Shown here: in pieces, positions 15,311 to 32,564 of the stretch | Position numbering within the stretch: the stretch's first letter is position 1 | How the letters are laid out: each line of letters opens with the position of its first letter | Origin: Escherichia coli | Lineage (GTDB): Bacteria > Pseudomonadota > Gammaproteobacteria > Enterobacterales > Enterobacteriaceae | NCBI RefSeq assembly: GCF_030384885.1 | Contig: NZ_CP128613.1 | Reading direction: 5' to 3' (one strand) | DNA length: 64,000 nucleotides | Program-made: the position numbers and the translations under genes | The notes under the pieces: generated by a model | The model's database searches: none | The model's input: only the letters and a program-made list of their open reading frames with translations | Told to the model about the DNA's origin: nothing

Positions 15311-15856
15311 TTAGGCTTTTTCAACCTGGCTGAAGTCCAGCTCTACCGGGGTCGCACGACCGAAGATAGAAACAGACACTTTCAGACGAGATTTCTCGTA
15401 ATCAACTTCTTCAACAACGCCGTTGAAGTCAGCGAACGGACCATCATTAACACGAACCATTTCACCCGGTTCAAACAGCGTTTTCGGACGCGGCTTATCG
15501 CCAACCTGCTGCAGGCGATTCATAATCGCATCCACTTCTTTATCGCTGATTGGCGCAGGACGATCGGAAGTACCGCCGATGAAGCCCATCACACGCGGTA
15601 CGCTGCGCACCAGGTGCCAGCTCGCGTCGTTCATCACCATCTGAACGAGGACGTAGCCAGGGAAGAATTTGCGTTCGCTTTTGCGACGCTGTCCGCCACG
15701 GATTTCAACCACTTCTTCGGTTGGTACCATGACTTCACCAAACAAATCTTCCATGTTATGTAATTTGATATGCTCACGTAGCGACGTTGCTACGCGGCCT
15801 TCAAAACCGGAAAACGCCTGAACGACGTACCAGCGCTTTTTAGGAGCTTCAGACAT
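15311..15856 (-). CDS. nusG: Transcription termination/antitermination factor NusG
   Basis: 181-aa product [42 protein letters not shown]... Confidence 0.97.
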
Positions 15857-15857
15857 C

Positions 15858-16241
15858 TCAGAACCTCAGGCCAGTGATAAAGGATACCAGGCGAACCAGA
15901 ATACCATCCAGTCCCCACAGGATCAGTGACATTACTGCGGTAACCGCAGCCACAATCAGCGTGGTGTGCAATGTTTCCTGGCGAGTCGGCCAAATGACCT
16001 TACGGACTTCGGTACGCGCTTCACGGGCAAAAGCAACGGTTGCTTTTCCTTTTGTCGTTAACAGCGCGACACCACCCGCTGCAGCAATCAGAATTACTAC
16101 GGCCAGCGCACGCAGCGGCAGCATAATGTCGCGATAAAGGTAGTTGCCGACAATTGCTACCAGGAGCAATGCCACCACAACGACCCACTTCATCGCTTCC
16201 AGGCCGCGCCCGCTTCCTTGAGCTTCGGTATTCGCACTCAT
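15858..16241 (-). CDS. secE: Protein translocase subunit SecE
   Basis: 127-aa membrane protein [37 protein letters not shown]...; one-nt gap to nusG. Confidence 0.95.
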
Positions 16242-16413
16242 AAACCAACCTGTCAGAAGTATTCTACAAACATTTTCACCCCGCGATCGCGAGGCAAACC
16301 AAATCGAAACGCGTATTAGCTTTTCGGATTATACGCCCTCAACAGAGCCTGTCTCAGCAATGATTATGACAAAGAAAATCACTGATGAGCCAGGTTCTGG
16401 TACGAAAGCGTGC

Positions 16414-16440
16414 AAAAAGGGCATCAAATGATGCCCTTTT
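16414..16440 (-). terminator. tufB intrinsic terminator
   Basis: Stem gggcatc / gatgccc with aaat loop, flanked by A- and T-runs, about 30 nt after the tufB stop. Confidence 0.7.
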
Positions 16441-16470
16441 AGTGCGCATTGCGTCAAATGTTATCGGCAA

Positions 16471-17691
<1,221 letters not shown>

Positions 17692-17769
17692 TCACCACAT
17701 CAACCAGGCAACATGCCCGACTTGTTGAATGCAATAAACAGAAGGAAAAAACAGGGAGGAGAAAAGAAG

Positions 17770-17845
17770 TGGTGCTGATAGGCAGATTCGAACTGCCGAC
17801 CTCACCCTTACCAAGGGTGCGCTCTACCAACTGAGCTATATCAGC
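17770..17845 (-). tRNA. thrT: tRNA-Thr
   Basis: Reverse complement reads GCTGATATAGCTCAGTTGGTAGAGC...CCA; 76 nt. Confidence 0.9.
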
Positions 17846-17851
17846 ACATCT

Positions 17852-17926
<75 letters not shown>

Positions 17927-18042
17927 ATCCTGGAACTCGGCTACCTGATTTTCATTCTGCACTGAATATCGAGAGAAGCTCTCTTTATTCGAGCCGGTAA
18001 GCGAACTTATCGTCTCGGGCTACGCCATCGCGTGGCCGAAAT

Positions 18043-18127
<85 letters not shown>

Positions 18128-18135
18128 GGACTTGA

Positions 18136-18211
<76 letters not shown>

Positions 18212-18572
18212 ATCAAGTAGCGCGCATTCTATGGAGACATGCGAGTTCATGCAACTAAAAAATTGCATAATTTGTTTTATTGGTCACATTTTATGCGACG
18301 CGATGAAGAAACAGTCGAACAGAGGGCAAATTAGCACACTTTTTCAACATCATTGTTCTCAACAATGCGCTCCTTCTAAAGCGCAATTCTTTTTATCAGA
18401 TGGAATATCTGTCACATTGCTTTTCAACGATAGCTTCCTGGGAGAGATTTTTTCTTATTATTCCTCCCCATCTGGTGTTACCCTCCTGCCCATTAACCCA
18501 TTCAACAGAACTGTGACGCGCCATGGCAAATATCGTTTTGCCGATAGAGCTATGACCGCCAGAAACATGCTT

Positions 18573-19523
18573 ATGAGTATAAAAGAGCAAACGTTAATGA
18601 CGCCTTACCTACAGTTTGACCGCAACCAGTGGGCAGCTCTGCGTGATTCCGTACCTATGACGTTATCGGAAGATGAGATCGCCCGTCTCAAAGGTATTAA
18701 TGAAGATCTCTCGTTAGAAGAAGTTGCCGAGATCTATTTACCTCTGTCACGTTTGCTGAACTTCTATATAAGCTCGAATCTGCGCCGTCAGGCAGTTCTG
18801 GAACAGTTTCTTGGTACCAACGGGCAACGCATTCCTTACATTATCAGTATCGCAGGTAGCGTCGCGGTGGGGAAAAGTACAACCGCCCGTGTATTGCAGG
18901 CACTATTAAGCCGTTGGCCGGAGCATCGTCGTGTTGAGCTGATCACTACAGATGGCTTCCTTCACCCTAATCAGGTGCTGAAAGAACGTGGTCTGATGAA
19001 GAAGAAAGGCTTTCCGGAATCGTATGATATGCATCGCCTGGTGAAGTTTGTTTCCGATCTCAAATCCGGCGTGCCAAACGTTACGGCACCTGTTTACTCG
19101 CATCTTATTTATGATGTGATCCCGGATGGAGATAAAACTGTTGTTCAGCCTGATATTTTAATTCTTGAAGGGTTAAATGTCTTACAGAGCGGGATGGATT
19201 ATCCACACGATCCACATCATGTTTTTGTTTCTGATTTTGTCGATTTTTCGATATATGTTGATGCACCGGAAGACTTACTTCAGATGTGGTATATCAACCG
19301 TTTCCTGAAATTCCGCGAAGGGGCTTTTACAGACCCGGATTCCTATTTTCATAACTACGCGAAATTAACTAAAGAAGAAGCGATTAACACTGCCATGACA
19401 TTGTGGAAAGAGATCAACTGGCTGAACTTAAAGCAAAATATTCTACCTACTCGCGAGCGCGCCAGTTTAATCCTGACAAAGAGTGCTAATCACGCGGTAG
19501 AAGAGGTCAGACTACGCAAATAA
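18573..19523 (+). CDS. coaA: Pantothenate kinase (type I)
   Basis: 316-aa product starting [20 protein letters not shown] with P-loop GSVAVGKST; the long upstream extension in the ORF track (from 18231) is rejected. Confidence 0.9.
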   Translation: MSIKEQTLMTPYLQFDRNQWAALRDSVPMTLSEDEIARLKGINEDLSLEEVAEIYLPLSRLLNFYISSNLRRQAVLEQFLGTNGQRIPYIISIAGSVAVGKSTTARVLQALLSRWPEHRRVELITTDGFLHPNQVLKERGLMKKKGFPESYDMHRLVKFVSDLKSGVPNVTAPVYSHLIYDVIPDGDKTVVQPDILILEGLNVLQSGMDYPHDPHHVFVSDFVDFSIYVDAPEDLLQMWYINRFLKFREGAFTDPDSYFHNYAKLTKEEAINTAMTLWKEINWLNLKQNILPTRERASLILTKSANHAVEEVRLRK

Positions 19524-19526
19524 TTT

Positions 19527-19550
19527 AAAGGGGAGCTAATGCTCCCCTTT
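19527..19550. terminator. Bidirectional hairpin between convergent coaA and birA
   Basis: Inverted repeat aaggggagc / gctcccctt with taat loop, lying between the two stop codons. Confidence 0.55.
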
Positions 19551-19551
19551 C

Positions 19552-20517
19552 TTATTTTTCTGCACTACGCAGGGATATTTCACCGCCCATCCAGGGTTTT
19601 ATTATTCCATCCTGCTCAAGCAATAAAGCGCCTTGTTTGTCTATTCCGCGTGAAATGCCAAATATTTCTTTATCACCAATGATAAGTTTCACTGGGCGAT
19701 TAATAAAATTATCCAGTTTTTCCCAGCGCGACAGATAAGGTGCCAATCCTTCTTGCTCGAAGAGTTCCAGCGCCGCACGTAATTCACGTATTAGCATGGC
19801 CGCCAACGCATTACGATCGAGATTGATCCCAGCTTCCTGCAGCGTGATCCACCCCTGATTAACGACACTCTCTTCAACACGACGCATTGCCATGTTGATC
19901 CCGGCACCAACGACTATTTGCGCCGCATCGCCGGTTTTGCCAGTCAGCTCCACAAGAATACCTGCCAGCTTGCGATCCTGCAGATAGAGGTCATTCGGCC
20001 ATTTAACACGAACTTTATGAGCGCCCAACTTGCGTAATACTTCCGCCATCACGATACCGATAACCAGACTTAAACCAATCGCCGCAGCCGGGCCTTGTTC
20101 CAGACGCCAGAACATCGACAAATATAAGTTTGCGCCAAAAGGTGAAAACCATTTCCGACCTCGGCGACCACGTCCTGCCTGCTGGTATTCAGCAACGCAG
20201 GCATCACCCGATTTAAGCTCTCCGATACGATCAAGAAGATACTGATTCGTGGAGTCAATAACTGGCAGCACGGCTACACTACCGCTATCCAGCTGACTCA
20301 ATATCTGTTCAGCATTAAGTAACTGGATGGGCTCAGGCAGGCTGTATCCTTTACCCGGAACGGTAAAGACATCAACGCCCCAGTCACGCAGTGTTTGAAT
20401 ATGTTTATTAATGGCCGCCCGGCTCATTCCTAACGTTTCACCCAGCTGCTCACCAGAGTGAAATTCGCCATTCGCTAATAGCGTGATTAATTTTAGCGGA
20501 ACGGTATTATCCTTCAT
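19552..20517 (-). CDS. birA: Biotin-protein ligase / biotin operon repressor
   Basis: 321-aa product [43 protein letters not shown]... (N-terminal HTH plus ligase domain). Confidence 0.95.
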   Translation of the reverse strand: MKDNTVPLKLITLLANGEFHSGEQLGETLGMSRAAINKHIQTLRDWGVDVFTVPGKGYSLPEPIQLLNAEQILSQLDSGSVAVLPVIDSTNQYLLDRIGELKSGDACVAEYQQAGRGRRGRKWFSPFGANLYLSMFWRLEQGPAAAIGLSLVIGIVMAEVLRKLGAHKVRVKWPNDLYLQDRKLAGILVELTGKTGDAAQIVVGAGINMAMRRVEESVVNQGWITLQEAGINLDRNALAAMLIRELRAALELFEQEGLAPYLSRWEKLDNFINRPVKLIIGDKEIFGISRGIDKQGALLLEQDGIIKPWMGGEISLRSAEK

Positions 20518-21542
20518 GAAATCGTCTCCACTGCGCTAACTTCACCTGATGTACCAATAAAGCGAACTTCTGGCTCAAGCCAGACATTAAATTTTTCACC
20601 CACTTTCTGTCTTACATGATGTGCCAGCTGCACAATATCTTCGCTTTTTGCATTGCCTTCATTAATGAGAACTAACGCCTGTTGACGGTGTACCGCAGCC
20701 CCACCAATTTGTGTTCCTTTTAGCTGGCACTGATCGATAAGCCAACCAGCGGCCAGTTTTACTGAACCATCCGTCTGGGGATAATTTGGTGCTGTTGGAA
20801 ATTGTGCCAGTAATGCTTTAGCCGTTTCGGCAGATACAACAGGGTTTTTGAAGAAACTACCGGCATTGCCATTCACTTTTGGATCAGGGAGTTTGGTGGT
20901 GCGCATATGACACACCGCATCAAATACTTGCTGTGGCGTTACGGTTGTAGGATCCAGACGAGTTAAGTCACCATACGTTAGTACAGGTTGCCACTCTTTT
21001 GGCAGGCGCAGACCTACGGCTACAATGGCGAAGCGGTCCTGGTATTCATGTTTAAAAATACTGTCGCGATAGCCAAAACGGCACTCTTTGGCAGTTAAGC
21101 GCACTTGCTTGCCTGTCGCCAGTTCAACACAGTCAACATAAGCGCAAACTCGCTGTAATTCTACGCCATAAGCACCAATATTCTGGATAGGTGATGAGCC
21201 GACACAACCAGGAATTAACGCCAGATTTTCCAGACCTGGCATACCTTCCTGCAAAGTGTATTTTACCAGGCGATGCCAGTTTTCTCCGGCTCCTACATGT
21301 AAATACCACGCATCAGGTTCATCATGAATTTCGATACCTTTGATCCGGTTGATGATCACCGTGCCGCGATAGTCTTCCAGAAAAAGTACATTACTTCCTT
21401 CACCCAGAATAAGAACGGGTTGCCCTTCTGCGGTTGCATGCTGCCAGGCATTGAGTAGTTGTTGTTCGTCTTCGGCACATACAATGTGCTGAGCATTATG
21501 ATCAATGCCAAATGTGTTCCAGGGTTTTAAGGAGTGGTTCAT
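20514..21542 (-). CDS. murB: UDP-N-acetylenolpyruvoylglucosamine reductase
   Basis: 342-aa product [34 protein letters not shown]...; 4-nt overlap with birA. Confidence 0.95.
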   Translation of the reverse strand: MNHSLKPWNTFGIDHNAQHIVCAEDEQQLLNAWQHATAEGQPVLILGEGSNVLFLEDYRGTVIINRIKGIEIHDEPDAWYLHVGAGENWHRLVKYTLQEGMPGLENLALIPGCVGSSPIQNIGAYGVELQRVCAYVDCVELATGKQVRLTAKECRFGYRDSIFKHEYQDRFAIVAVGLRLPKEWQPVLTYGDLTRLDPTTVTPQQVFDAVCHMRTTKLPDPKVNGNAGSFFKNPVVSAETAKALLAQFPTAPNYPQTDGSVKLAAGWLIDQCQLKGTQIGGAAVHRQQALVLINEGNAKSEDIVQLAHHVRQKVGEKFNVWLEPEVRFIGTSGEVSAVETIS

Positions 21543-21633
21543 AGCTGCTTTCCTGATGCAAAAACGAGGCTAGTTTACCGTATCTGTGGGGGGATGGCTT
21601 GTAGTTATGACGACAGGAAGAGTTTGTAGAAAC

Positions 21634-21664
21634 GCAAAAAGGCCCAGTCTTCCGACTGGGCCTT
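21634..21664 (-). terminator. rRNA operon intrinsic terminator (single T1/T2-like hairpin)
   Basis: Stem ggcccagtc / gactgggcc followed by a U-run on the minus strand, 13 nt after the 3' end of 5S rRNA. Confidence 0.65.
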
Positions 21665-21676
21665 CTGCTTAATTTG

Positions 21677-21796
21677 ATGCCTGGCAGTTCCCTACTCTCG
21701 CATGGGGAGACCCCACACTACCATCGGCGCTACGGCGTTTCACTTCTGAGTTCGGCATGGGGTCAGGTGGGACCACCGCGCTAAGGCCGCCAGGCA
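21677..21796 (-). rRNA. rrfB: 5S ribosomal RNA
   Basis: 120 nt; reverse complement reads TGCCTGGCGGCCTTAGCGCGGTGGTCCCACCTGACCCCATGCCGAACTCAGAAGTGAAACGCC...GGGAACTGCCAGGCAT. Confidence 0.95.
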
Positions 21797-21894
21797 AATT
21801 CTGTTTATCAACACGTCATGTTCTGACCTGTCGATGTCATCTGTATCAAGCTTACTTGTCGATGTCTCTTCCGCCAAAACATCTTCGGCGTTGT

Positions 21895-24799
<2,905 letters not shown>

Positions 24800-24983
24800 T
24801 CACAACCCGAAGATGTTTCTTGCGATTCATCATCGTGTTGCGAAAATTTGAGAGACTCACGAACAACTTTCGTTGTTCAGTGTTTCAATTTTCAGCTTGA
24901 TCCAGATTTTTAAAGAGCAAATATCTTAAACATGACTCGTAAGTCATCTTTAACGATATCAAGGTCGGCGACTTTCACTCACA

Positions 24984-25059
24984 AACCAGCAAGTGGCGTC
25001 CCCTAGGGGATTCGAACCCCTGTTACCGCCGTGAAAGGGCGGTGTCCTGGGCCTCTAGA
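24984..25059 (-). tRNA. gltT: tRNA-Glu (16S-23S spacer tRNA)
   Basis: Reverse complement reads GTCCCCTTCGTCTAGAGGCCCAGGACACCGCCCTTTCACGGCGGTAACAGGGGTTCGAATCCCCTAGGGGACGCCA. Confidence 0.92.
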
Positions 25060-25154
25060 CGAAGGGGACGTATCAGTCTGCTTCGCAAGACGCCTTGCTT
25101 TTCACTTTTCATCAGACAATCTGTGTGAGCACTGCAAAGTACAGTTCTTTAAGG

Positions 25155-26696
<1,542 letters not shown>

Positions 26697-26864
26697 AAAA
26701 GTTTGATGCTCAAAGAATTAAACTTCGTAATGAATTACGTGTTCACTCTTGAGACTTGGTATTCATTTTTCGTCTTGCGACGTTAAGAATCCGTATCTTC
26801 GAGTGCCCACACAGATTGTCTGATAAATTGTTAAAGAGCAGTGCCGCTTCGCTTTTTCTCAGCT

Positions 26865-26910
26865 GCGCGGGGTGTGCATAATACGCTTTCCCGCTTCAGA
26901 GTCAAGCATT
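26865..26910 (-). promoter_or_regulatory. rRNA operon promoter P2
   Basis: Minus strand reads TTGACT ... TATTAT (aaaaatgcTTGACTctgaagcgggaaagcgTATTATgcacacc), matching the known rrnB P2. Confidence 0.65.
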
Positions 26911-26984
26911 TTTTTGCTTTTCTCTGTCGAGATTCTCAGGAGAACCCCGCTGACCCGGCGGCGTGTTTGCCGTTGTTCCGTGTC

Positions 26985-27050
26985 AGTGGTGGCGCATTAT
27001 AGGGAGTTATTCCGGCCTGACAAGAGGAAATTTAAAATAATTTTCCGACC
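26985..27050 (-). promoter_or_regulatory. rRNA operon promoter P1 with A/T-rich UP element
   Basis: Minus strand reads cctcTTGTCAggccggaataactcccTATAATgcgccacc, preceded by agaaaattattttaaatttcct; matches rrnB P1. Fis sites would lie further upstream inside the murI 3' end and were not mapped. Confidence 0.7.
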
Positions 27051-27068
27051 GCGCAACATTCAACCAAA

Positions 27069-27926
27069 TCAGTCTAAAACTGCCAGTTTTTCGAGCGTTT
27101 CGAAGCCGTAGCGCTGTAAAACGGGCAATAATTGTTCAGCTTCTGGCGTCATTGCCATACAAAAGGCAATATTCACATCGGCGGATTTTGCATCCGGGGC
27201 TTCATGCTCTAGCAACCATGCCGTTCGGCGAGCAATCGCTGCGCCAGAATCCACCAGCCGGGTTCCCTCTGGCAGCACCTGTAGCAGTTCTTCTTGTAGT
27301 AGAGGGAAATGGGTACACCCCAGTACAACGGTATCTGGCGGCTCTTTCATTCTTAACCACGGACGCAAGATACGTTTTAGCGCATCCAGAGAAACATCTT
27401 CGCCATGCAGCTTCGCTTCAGCCAACTCAACCATCTCTGCCGAGCCCAGCATTTCTATCTGGCATTCATTAGCGAAACGCGCGATCAGCTCATGAGTATA
27501 AGAACGTTTAACTGTTCCGCGGGTTGCCAGTAATCCGACAATGCCATTTGCCGTCAGACGTGCAGCAGGTTTAATCGCCGGCACGACTCCAACAACCGGG
27601 AAGTCGAACTTTTCGCGTAAGGCAGGAAGTGAAACGGTACTGGCAGTGTTGCAAGCGACCACAGCCAACGCAAGGGGATAACGCTCTTGTACCGCAGTGA
27701 CAATTTCCACCACTCGCTCAACAATAAACTCTTCGCTTTTTTCGCCATAAGGGAAAGCGACGTTATCGAAAGCATAAATGTAATGGAGATCCGGTAAGAG
27801 ATGCCGGATCTCGTCATAGACCGACAACCCACCGACGCCGGAGTCAAACACCAGCACGGTGGGACGTGGTTCAGAAGGTGTAGCTGCCAGACAAGGTGTA
27901 TTCCCGTCCTGCAGTTTGGTAGCCAT
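27069..27926 (-). CDS. murI: Glutamate racemase
   Basis: 285-aa product starting [37 protein letters not shown]; its start lies inside the btuB 3' end. Confidence 0.92.
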   Translation of the reverse strand: MATKLQDGNTPCLAATPSEPRPTVLVFDSGVGGLSVYDEIRHLLPDLHYIYAFDNVAFPYGEKSEEFIVERVVEIVTAVQERYPLALAVVACNTASTVSLPALREKFDFPVVGVVPAIKPAARLTANGIVGLLATRGTVKRSYTHELIARFANECQIEMLGSAEMVELAEAKLHGEDVSLDALKRILRPWLRMKEPPDTVVLGCTHFPLLQEELLQVLPEGTRLVDSGAAIARRTAWLLEHEAPDAKSADVNIAFCMAMTPEAEQLLPVLQRYGFETLEKLAVLD

Positions 27927-29715
27927 AGACTGTCTCATAATCTTTGTCGAACAGGTTGGCTATTTTACCACGAACTGTCAGGTGAGAGGTGACCGGATAC
28001 GCAACCGCAAGATCCCACAAGCTCACACCGCCCATTTTCACGGTTTGATACGGCCAGGAGGAGTAATCCTTATCATAGCGAGTGCCTAAATACTGATAAG
28101 TAATACCCCAGTCGAAGTCATACAACTGCCAGTCGAGCTGGTATTTCACCTGCTGTTTAGCACGGCGTAACAACGGCGTGTCGGTAATTGCATTGCGCGC
28201 ATCGACATAATCATAACTCACAGTATGCGTCAGTGGTCCGGTATCAAAATTGGCGGTCGCCTCGACGCCCTTAATTCGCGCTTTCCCTTCGTTATAGTAT
28301 TTCAGGGTGTGATCATCGTAATCGATCAAGTCACTGACATCGTTACGATATCCGGAAATACGCCAGTTCACCCCAGCGGTTAAGCCTTCAAACGCGCCTT
28401 CCCACTGTTTGCTTTTCTCAGGTTCCAGATTTGGATTTCCGTAGAAGCCATACAGTTGTCCAAGATTTGGTGCCTTATAAGATGTCCCGTAGGAAGCAAT
28501 GAAGCGATAGCCTTCGATGAATTCCCAACCAGCGCTGGTTTGCCAGGTTCCATGACGACCAAACTGTGAGTTATCGTCGCTGCGTGCTGCGCCTTCAAAG
28601 GTAAAATCGCCGACTTGTTGCAGCCCGGTCAGATAGATGCCGGTATTACGTTGATCATATCCATCCTCAACATAACCTGTACCCGGCGTCGTAGTCTGTT
28701 TCTGCCAGTCGACACCCGCACCAATACTACCGTGACCAACGATGACATTGTTTGCCCACTGGACGGTGTATTGCTTCATCTCATCAAGCGTCGCCGACGA
28801 ATCATAACGACCATAATGGGGATCGTAGTTGTAATCTTTGCTATGGCTATAGCTGGTAATGAGTTGTGATTTAATCAGTTCGCCGTTATAGCGCAGCCCG
28901 GCGTCCCAACTTTGGCTATAGAGTTTACGGGTATCGAGCAACGGTGAGCCGGGAGAATAATATGCGTCATAATTGGTACGGTTATCATAGCCATAGCCGC
29001 GCACAAAACCGCTCCAGACATCAGTAAAGTTATGCTCCAGCGCGCCATAAAGCGTTTTACTTAAAAAACCATCGTTATCTGGCTGAGCTTGCGTTCCGGT
29101 ATTACCATAGGCAACAACATCATAACCATGAGTATGGGCATAATCGCCCAACAGCGTTACCCGTGTCTTATCTCCCAGTTGTTGCTGTGTAGAAACATCA
29201 TAGTTCTGATAGTTATTGCTTCCCCACCCTGCTGAAATTTCCGTTCCGGGTTGATCGCGCGTCGTGATGATATTCACGACCCCACCTATTGCATCGGAAC
29301 CATAGACGGCGGAGCGCGGCCCACGGATATATTCAACACGCTGGACAAGCGCAATAGGGAACTGGCTAAGGTCGGCAGAACCACTCACCCCCGCCAGATT
29401 CAGGCGTACGCCATCAATTAACACCAACACATGACTGGCATTTGTACCGCGAATAAAAATAGAAGAGAGTTGACCTGAACCGCCGTTTTGGGTGATATCG
29501 ACACCCGGAAGACGGCGCAGCACATCATTGACCGAGGTCGACTGCCAGCGGTCGATATCCTGACGCGTCACAACGGTGGTTGGTGCAAGCACAGTGCTGC
29601 GCGGCTGTTCAAAACGGTTAGCAGTAACGACGAGAGTATCCGGGCTGGTATCCTGTGCCCAAGCGGAAAATGCCGTGACGGAACACGCCGTCAGCAGCGA
29701 AGCTTTTTTAATCAT
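27871..29715 (-). CDS. btuB: TonB-dependent vitamin B12 outer-membrane transporter
   Basis: 614-aa product starting [35 protein letters not shown] (TonB box DTLVVTA) and ending in an aromatic residue (..SGSYTF). Confidence 0.95.
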   Translation of the reverse strand: MIKKASLLTACSVTAFSAWAQDTSPDTLVVTANRFEQPRSTVLAPTTVVTRQDIDRWQSTSVNDVLRRLPGVDITQNGGSGQLSSIFIRGTNASHVLVLIDGVRLNLAGVSGSADLSQFPIALVQRVEYIRGPRSAVYGSDAIGGVVNIITTRDQPGTEISAGWGSNNYQNYDVSTQQQLGDKTRVTLLGDYAHTHGYDVVAYGNTGTQAQPDNDGFLSKTLYGALEHNFTDVWSGFVRGYGYDNRTNYDAYYSPGSPLLDTRKLYSQSWDAGLRYNGELIKSQLITSYSHSKDYNYDPHYGRYDSSATLDEMKQYTVQWANNVIVGHGSIGAGVDWQKQTTTPGTGYVEDGYDQRNTGIYLTGLQQVGDFTFEGAARSDDNSQFGRHGTWQTSAGWEFIEGYRFIASYGTSYKAPNLGQLYGFYGNPNLEPEKSKQWEGAFEGLTAGVNWRISGYRNDVSDLIDYDDHTLKYYNEGKARIKGVEATANFDTGPLTHTVSYDYVDARNAITDTPLLRRAKQQVKYQLDWQLYDFDWGITYQYLGTRYDKDYSSWPYQTVKMGGVSLWDLAVAYPVTSHLTVRGKIANLFDKDYETVYGYQTAGREYTLSGSYTF

Positions 29716-29955
29716 TGTAAAGCATCCACAATAGAAGAAGGATGCCGCAGGCTTCATCAATATTACGCGATGATGAGAACCAGATGCGACGTTAGCCGGC
29801 AGGTCTTCGGGCTTGGAGGGGTATATAAAATACTAAGAGATGATGACTTCCCACCGGATGGCAGTGTCCGCATAACGCAATCATCGCACCTTTCCTTACC
29901 GCTGCGCGTCAGCTCCAGATTTGCACTGGATTCCCTATTAACTCACAGGACCGGC
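29716..29955 (-). ncRNA. Cobalamin (adenosylcobalamin) riboswitch in the btuB 5' leader
   Basis: About 240-nt leader; minus strand begins GCCGGTCCTGTGAGTTAATAGGGAATCCAGTGCAAATCTGGAGCTGACGCGCAGCGGTAAGGAAAGGTGCG..., matching the known btuB leader. Confidence 0.8.
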
Positions 29956-30083
29956 GAGTGGATGCTACAGGTTGTAACAAGTTGCTGTCCAGACGTAGCT
30001 CACAAATAGGAATACATCAAGATCTGGACATCTGATGAGCAATCCCTACAATCGCCGCGTACATTTCATTTTCAGGATACATC

Positions 30084-31184
30084 ATGACCCCCGAACACCT
30101 TCCAACAGAACAGTATGAAGCGCAGTTAGCCGAAAAAGTGGTACGTTTGCAAAGTATGATGGCGCCGTTTTCTGACCTGGTTCCGGAAGTGTTTCGCTCG
30201 CCGGTCAGTCATTACCGGATGCGTGCGGAGTTCCGCATCTGGCACGATGGCGATGACCTGTACCACATCATTTTCGATCAACAAACCAAAAGCCGTATCC
30301 GCGTGGATAGCTTCCCCGCCGCCAGTGAACTTATCAACCAGTTGATGACGGCGATGATTGCGGGTGTGCGTAATAATCCCGTTCTGCGCCACAAGCTATT
30401 CCAGATTGATTACCTCACTACGCTGAGTAATCAGGCGGTGGTTTCCCTGCTGTACCATAAAAAGCTGGATGACGAATGGCGTCAACAGGCGGAAGCTCTG
30501 CGCGATGCGTTGCGCGCACAAAATTTAAATGTGCATCTGATTGGTCGGGCAACGAAAACCAAAATCGCGCTGGATCAAGATTACATCGACGAACGTCTGC
30601 CGGTCGCAGGGAAAGAGATGATCTACCGTCAGGTAGAAAACAGTTTTACCCAGCCGAACGCGGCGATGAATATTCAGATGCTGGAATGGGCGCTGGACGT
30701 CACCAAAGGCTCAAAAGGCGATTTACTGGAGCTGTACTGCGGCAACGGTAACTTCTCATTAGCCCTGGCGCGCAATTTTGATCGGGTATTAGCCACCGAA
30801 ATCGCCAAGCCTTCGGTCGCTGCCGCGCAATACAACATTGCCGCTAACCATATTGATAACGTCCAAATTATTCGTATGGCGGCAGAAGAATTTACTCAGG
30901 CGATGAATGGTGTGCGCGAATTTAATCGCCTGCAAGGGATCGACTTAAAGAGTTATCAGTGCGAAACCATTTTTGTCGACCCACCGCGCAGCGGTCTGGA
31001 CAGTGAAACCGAGAAAATGGTGCAGGCGTATCCACGTATTCTGTATATCTCCTGCAATCCGGAAACGTTATGCAAGAATCTGGAAACATTAAGCCAGACG
31101 CACAAGGTTGAACGTCTGGCTCTGTTTGATCAGTTCCCCTACACGCACCATATGGAGTGCGGCGTACTACTGACCGCGAAGTAA
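30084..31184 (+). CDS. trmA: tRNA (uracil54-C5)-methyltransferase
   Basis: 366-aa product [33 protein letters not shown]... Confidence 0.95.
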   Translation: MTPEHLPTEQYEAQLAEKVVRLQSMMAPFSDLVPEVFRSPVSHYRMRAEFRIWHDGDDLYHIIFDQQTKSRIRVDSFPAASELINQLMTAMIAGVRNNPVLRHKLFQIDYLTTLSNQAVVSLLYHKKLDDEWRQQAEALRDALRAQNLNVHLIGRATKTKIALDQDYIDERLPVAGKEMIYRQVENSFTQPNAAMNIQMLEWALDVTKGSKGDLLELYCGNGNFSLALARNFDRVLATEIAKPSVAAAQYNIAANHIDNVQIIRMAAEEFTQAMNGVREFNRLQGIDLKSYQCETIFVDPPRSGLDSETEKMVQAYPRILYISCNPETLCKNLETLSQTHKVERLALFDQFPYTHHMECGVLLTAK

Positions 31185-31187
31185 AAT

Positions 31188-31219
31188 CTATGCCGGATGC
31201 GCCAGCATCCGGCATGATA
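31188..31219. terminator. Bidirectional hairpin (REP-like) between convergent trmA and yijD
   Basis: Inverted repeat atgccggatgc / gcatccggcat with gcca loop, directly after the trmA stop. Confidence 0.5.
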
Positions 31220-31223
31220 CCGA

Positions 31224-31583
31224 TTACTCAGCAACTTCCTGCTTACGGTTACGCATCTTCGCGCCAATCCAGAACACCATAATGACGGACAGTACTGCCG
31301 GGAAGAAGTTAGAGCCGATATCCGGATATTCCGCACGAACTACCGTGCTGTACAGCAGAACGCCGAGAATAAAACAGGCAGCTGCCAGACCCGGCAAGCC
31401 TACCGGCATAGTGCGATTAAGATAACGTTGATGCAGGCAGTAAACTGTCAGCACCAGGGAAATAATGGGGAATACAGAAAATGGCACAATGGAGCTAAAC
31501 AGCGCTGCGAAAGTACCATTAATCGATAAGCCAGCCACCAGCGCCAGCAGCAGCGTACCTCTATCTTGATTTGCTTGTTTCAT
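31224..31583 (-). CDS. yijD: Inner-membrane protein YijD (DUF1422)
   Basis: 119-aa hydrophobic product [29 protein letters not shown]...; start overlaps the fabR stop by 1 nt. Confidence 0.88.
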
Positions 31584-32230
31584 TACTCGTCCTTCACATT
31601 TCCCGGAATAATTGCGGTTTTCTCTTGTTCACGGCGATACCAGTAATAAGCCCCTTTCGAAATCATTCGCAGTTGCAGTACCAGTCGCTCTTCTAATTGC
31701 CGACGTTGTTCGACGCCGACGTCCAACGCCTCGGCACCCGCACTGAAGACAATCGTCACCATGGCTTCGGCTTGCGCTTCAGTAAACGCACGCGGCATAT
31801 GGTTTTCGAGTTCCAGATAGTCCGCAAGTTCCGCAATGAAGTGCTGAATTTCACGCGCAACGGCGGCACGAAACGCAGCGGAGGTGCCGGAGCGTTCCCG
31901 CAATAATAACCGGAAGGCGTTAGGATTATTACCGATGAACTCCATAAATGTGGAGACCGAGGTGCGGATCACACTCCCGCCTTTGGCGATACGCTGACGC
32001 GCCTGGCGCATGAGTTGGCGTAGCATTAAACCGCTCTCATCAACCATGGTCAGACCCAGTTCGTCTACGTCGCGGAAATGCCGATAAAAAGAGGTGGGAG
32101 CAATGCCCGCTTCACGCGCCACTTCACGCAAACTCAGGCTGGCGAAGCTGCGTTCAGCACTTAATTGGCTAAATGCGGCTTCCACCAACGAACGGCGGGT
32201 TTTTTCTTTTTGTTGCGCTCTTACGCCCAT
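31583..32230 (-). CDS. fabR: TetR-family repressor of unsaturated fatty-acid synthesis
   Basis: 215-aa product from [20 protein letters not shown]... with N-terminal TetR HTH. The longer ORF to 32326 is an alternative start that cannot be excluded. Confidence 0.85.
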
Positions 32231-32564
32231 CACGATGTCTGAATCCTTGCCAAAAGTACTGCTGGCACTATACCAGAGAATGAACATACTGGATTGCTCC
32301 AGTGTTGTGAATGAACCGTAACGCAATAAAACATATTTACTGCAATTCTTTGGCTGGTTCTTTTACGAACATCGGAAACCTGCCGCTTAAACGGTGAGTA
32401 TTGGCGATAAAAATCCAATAAAACGTTCAAGGCAAAAGTAAGAAACAGACAAAGCAAAGGCCGCTCACGATATAGCCAGATAAATGACGGGGATCAATTG
32501 GCTTACCCGCGATAAAATGTTACCATTCTGTTGCTTTTATGTATAAGAACAGGTAAGCCCTACC

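Noticed and set aside
17927-18042. 116-nt spacer between glyT and tyrU, checked for a small protamine-like ORF (tpr)
   Set aside because: Minus-strand ATGs in the spacer are followed by stop codons within a few codons; I could not support a coding call from sequence alone.
21770-21796. 5S rRNA 5' region reads GGCCTTAGCGCGG where I recall GGCCGTAGCGCGG or GGCAGTAGCGCGG
   Set aside because: A single-base difference relative to a sequence recalled from memory; consistent with ordinary operon or strain microheterogeneity or a recall error.
29488-30009. 173-aa plus-strand ORF across the btuB start and leader
   Set aside because: Overlaps the cobalamin riboswitch and btuB on the opposite strand; no coding signal.
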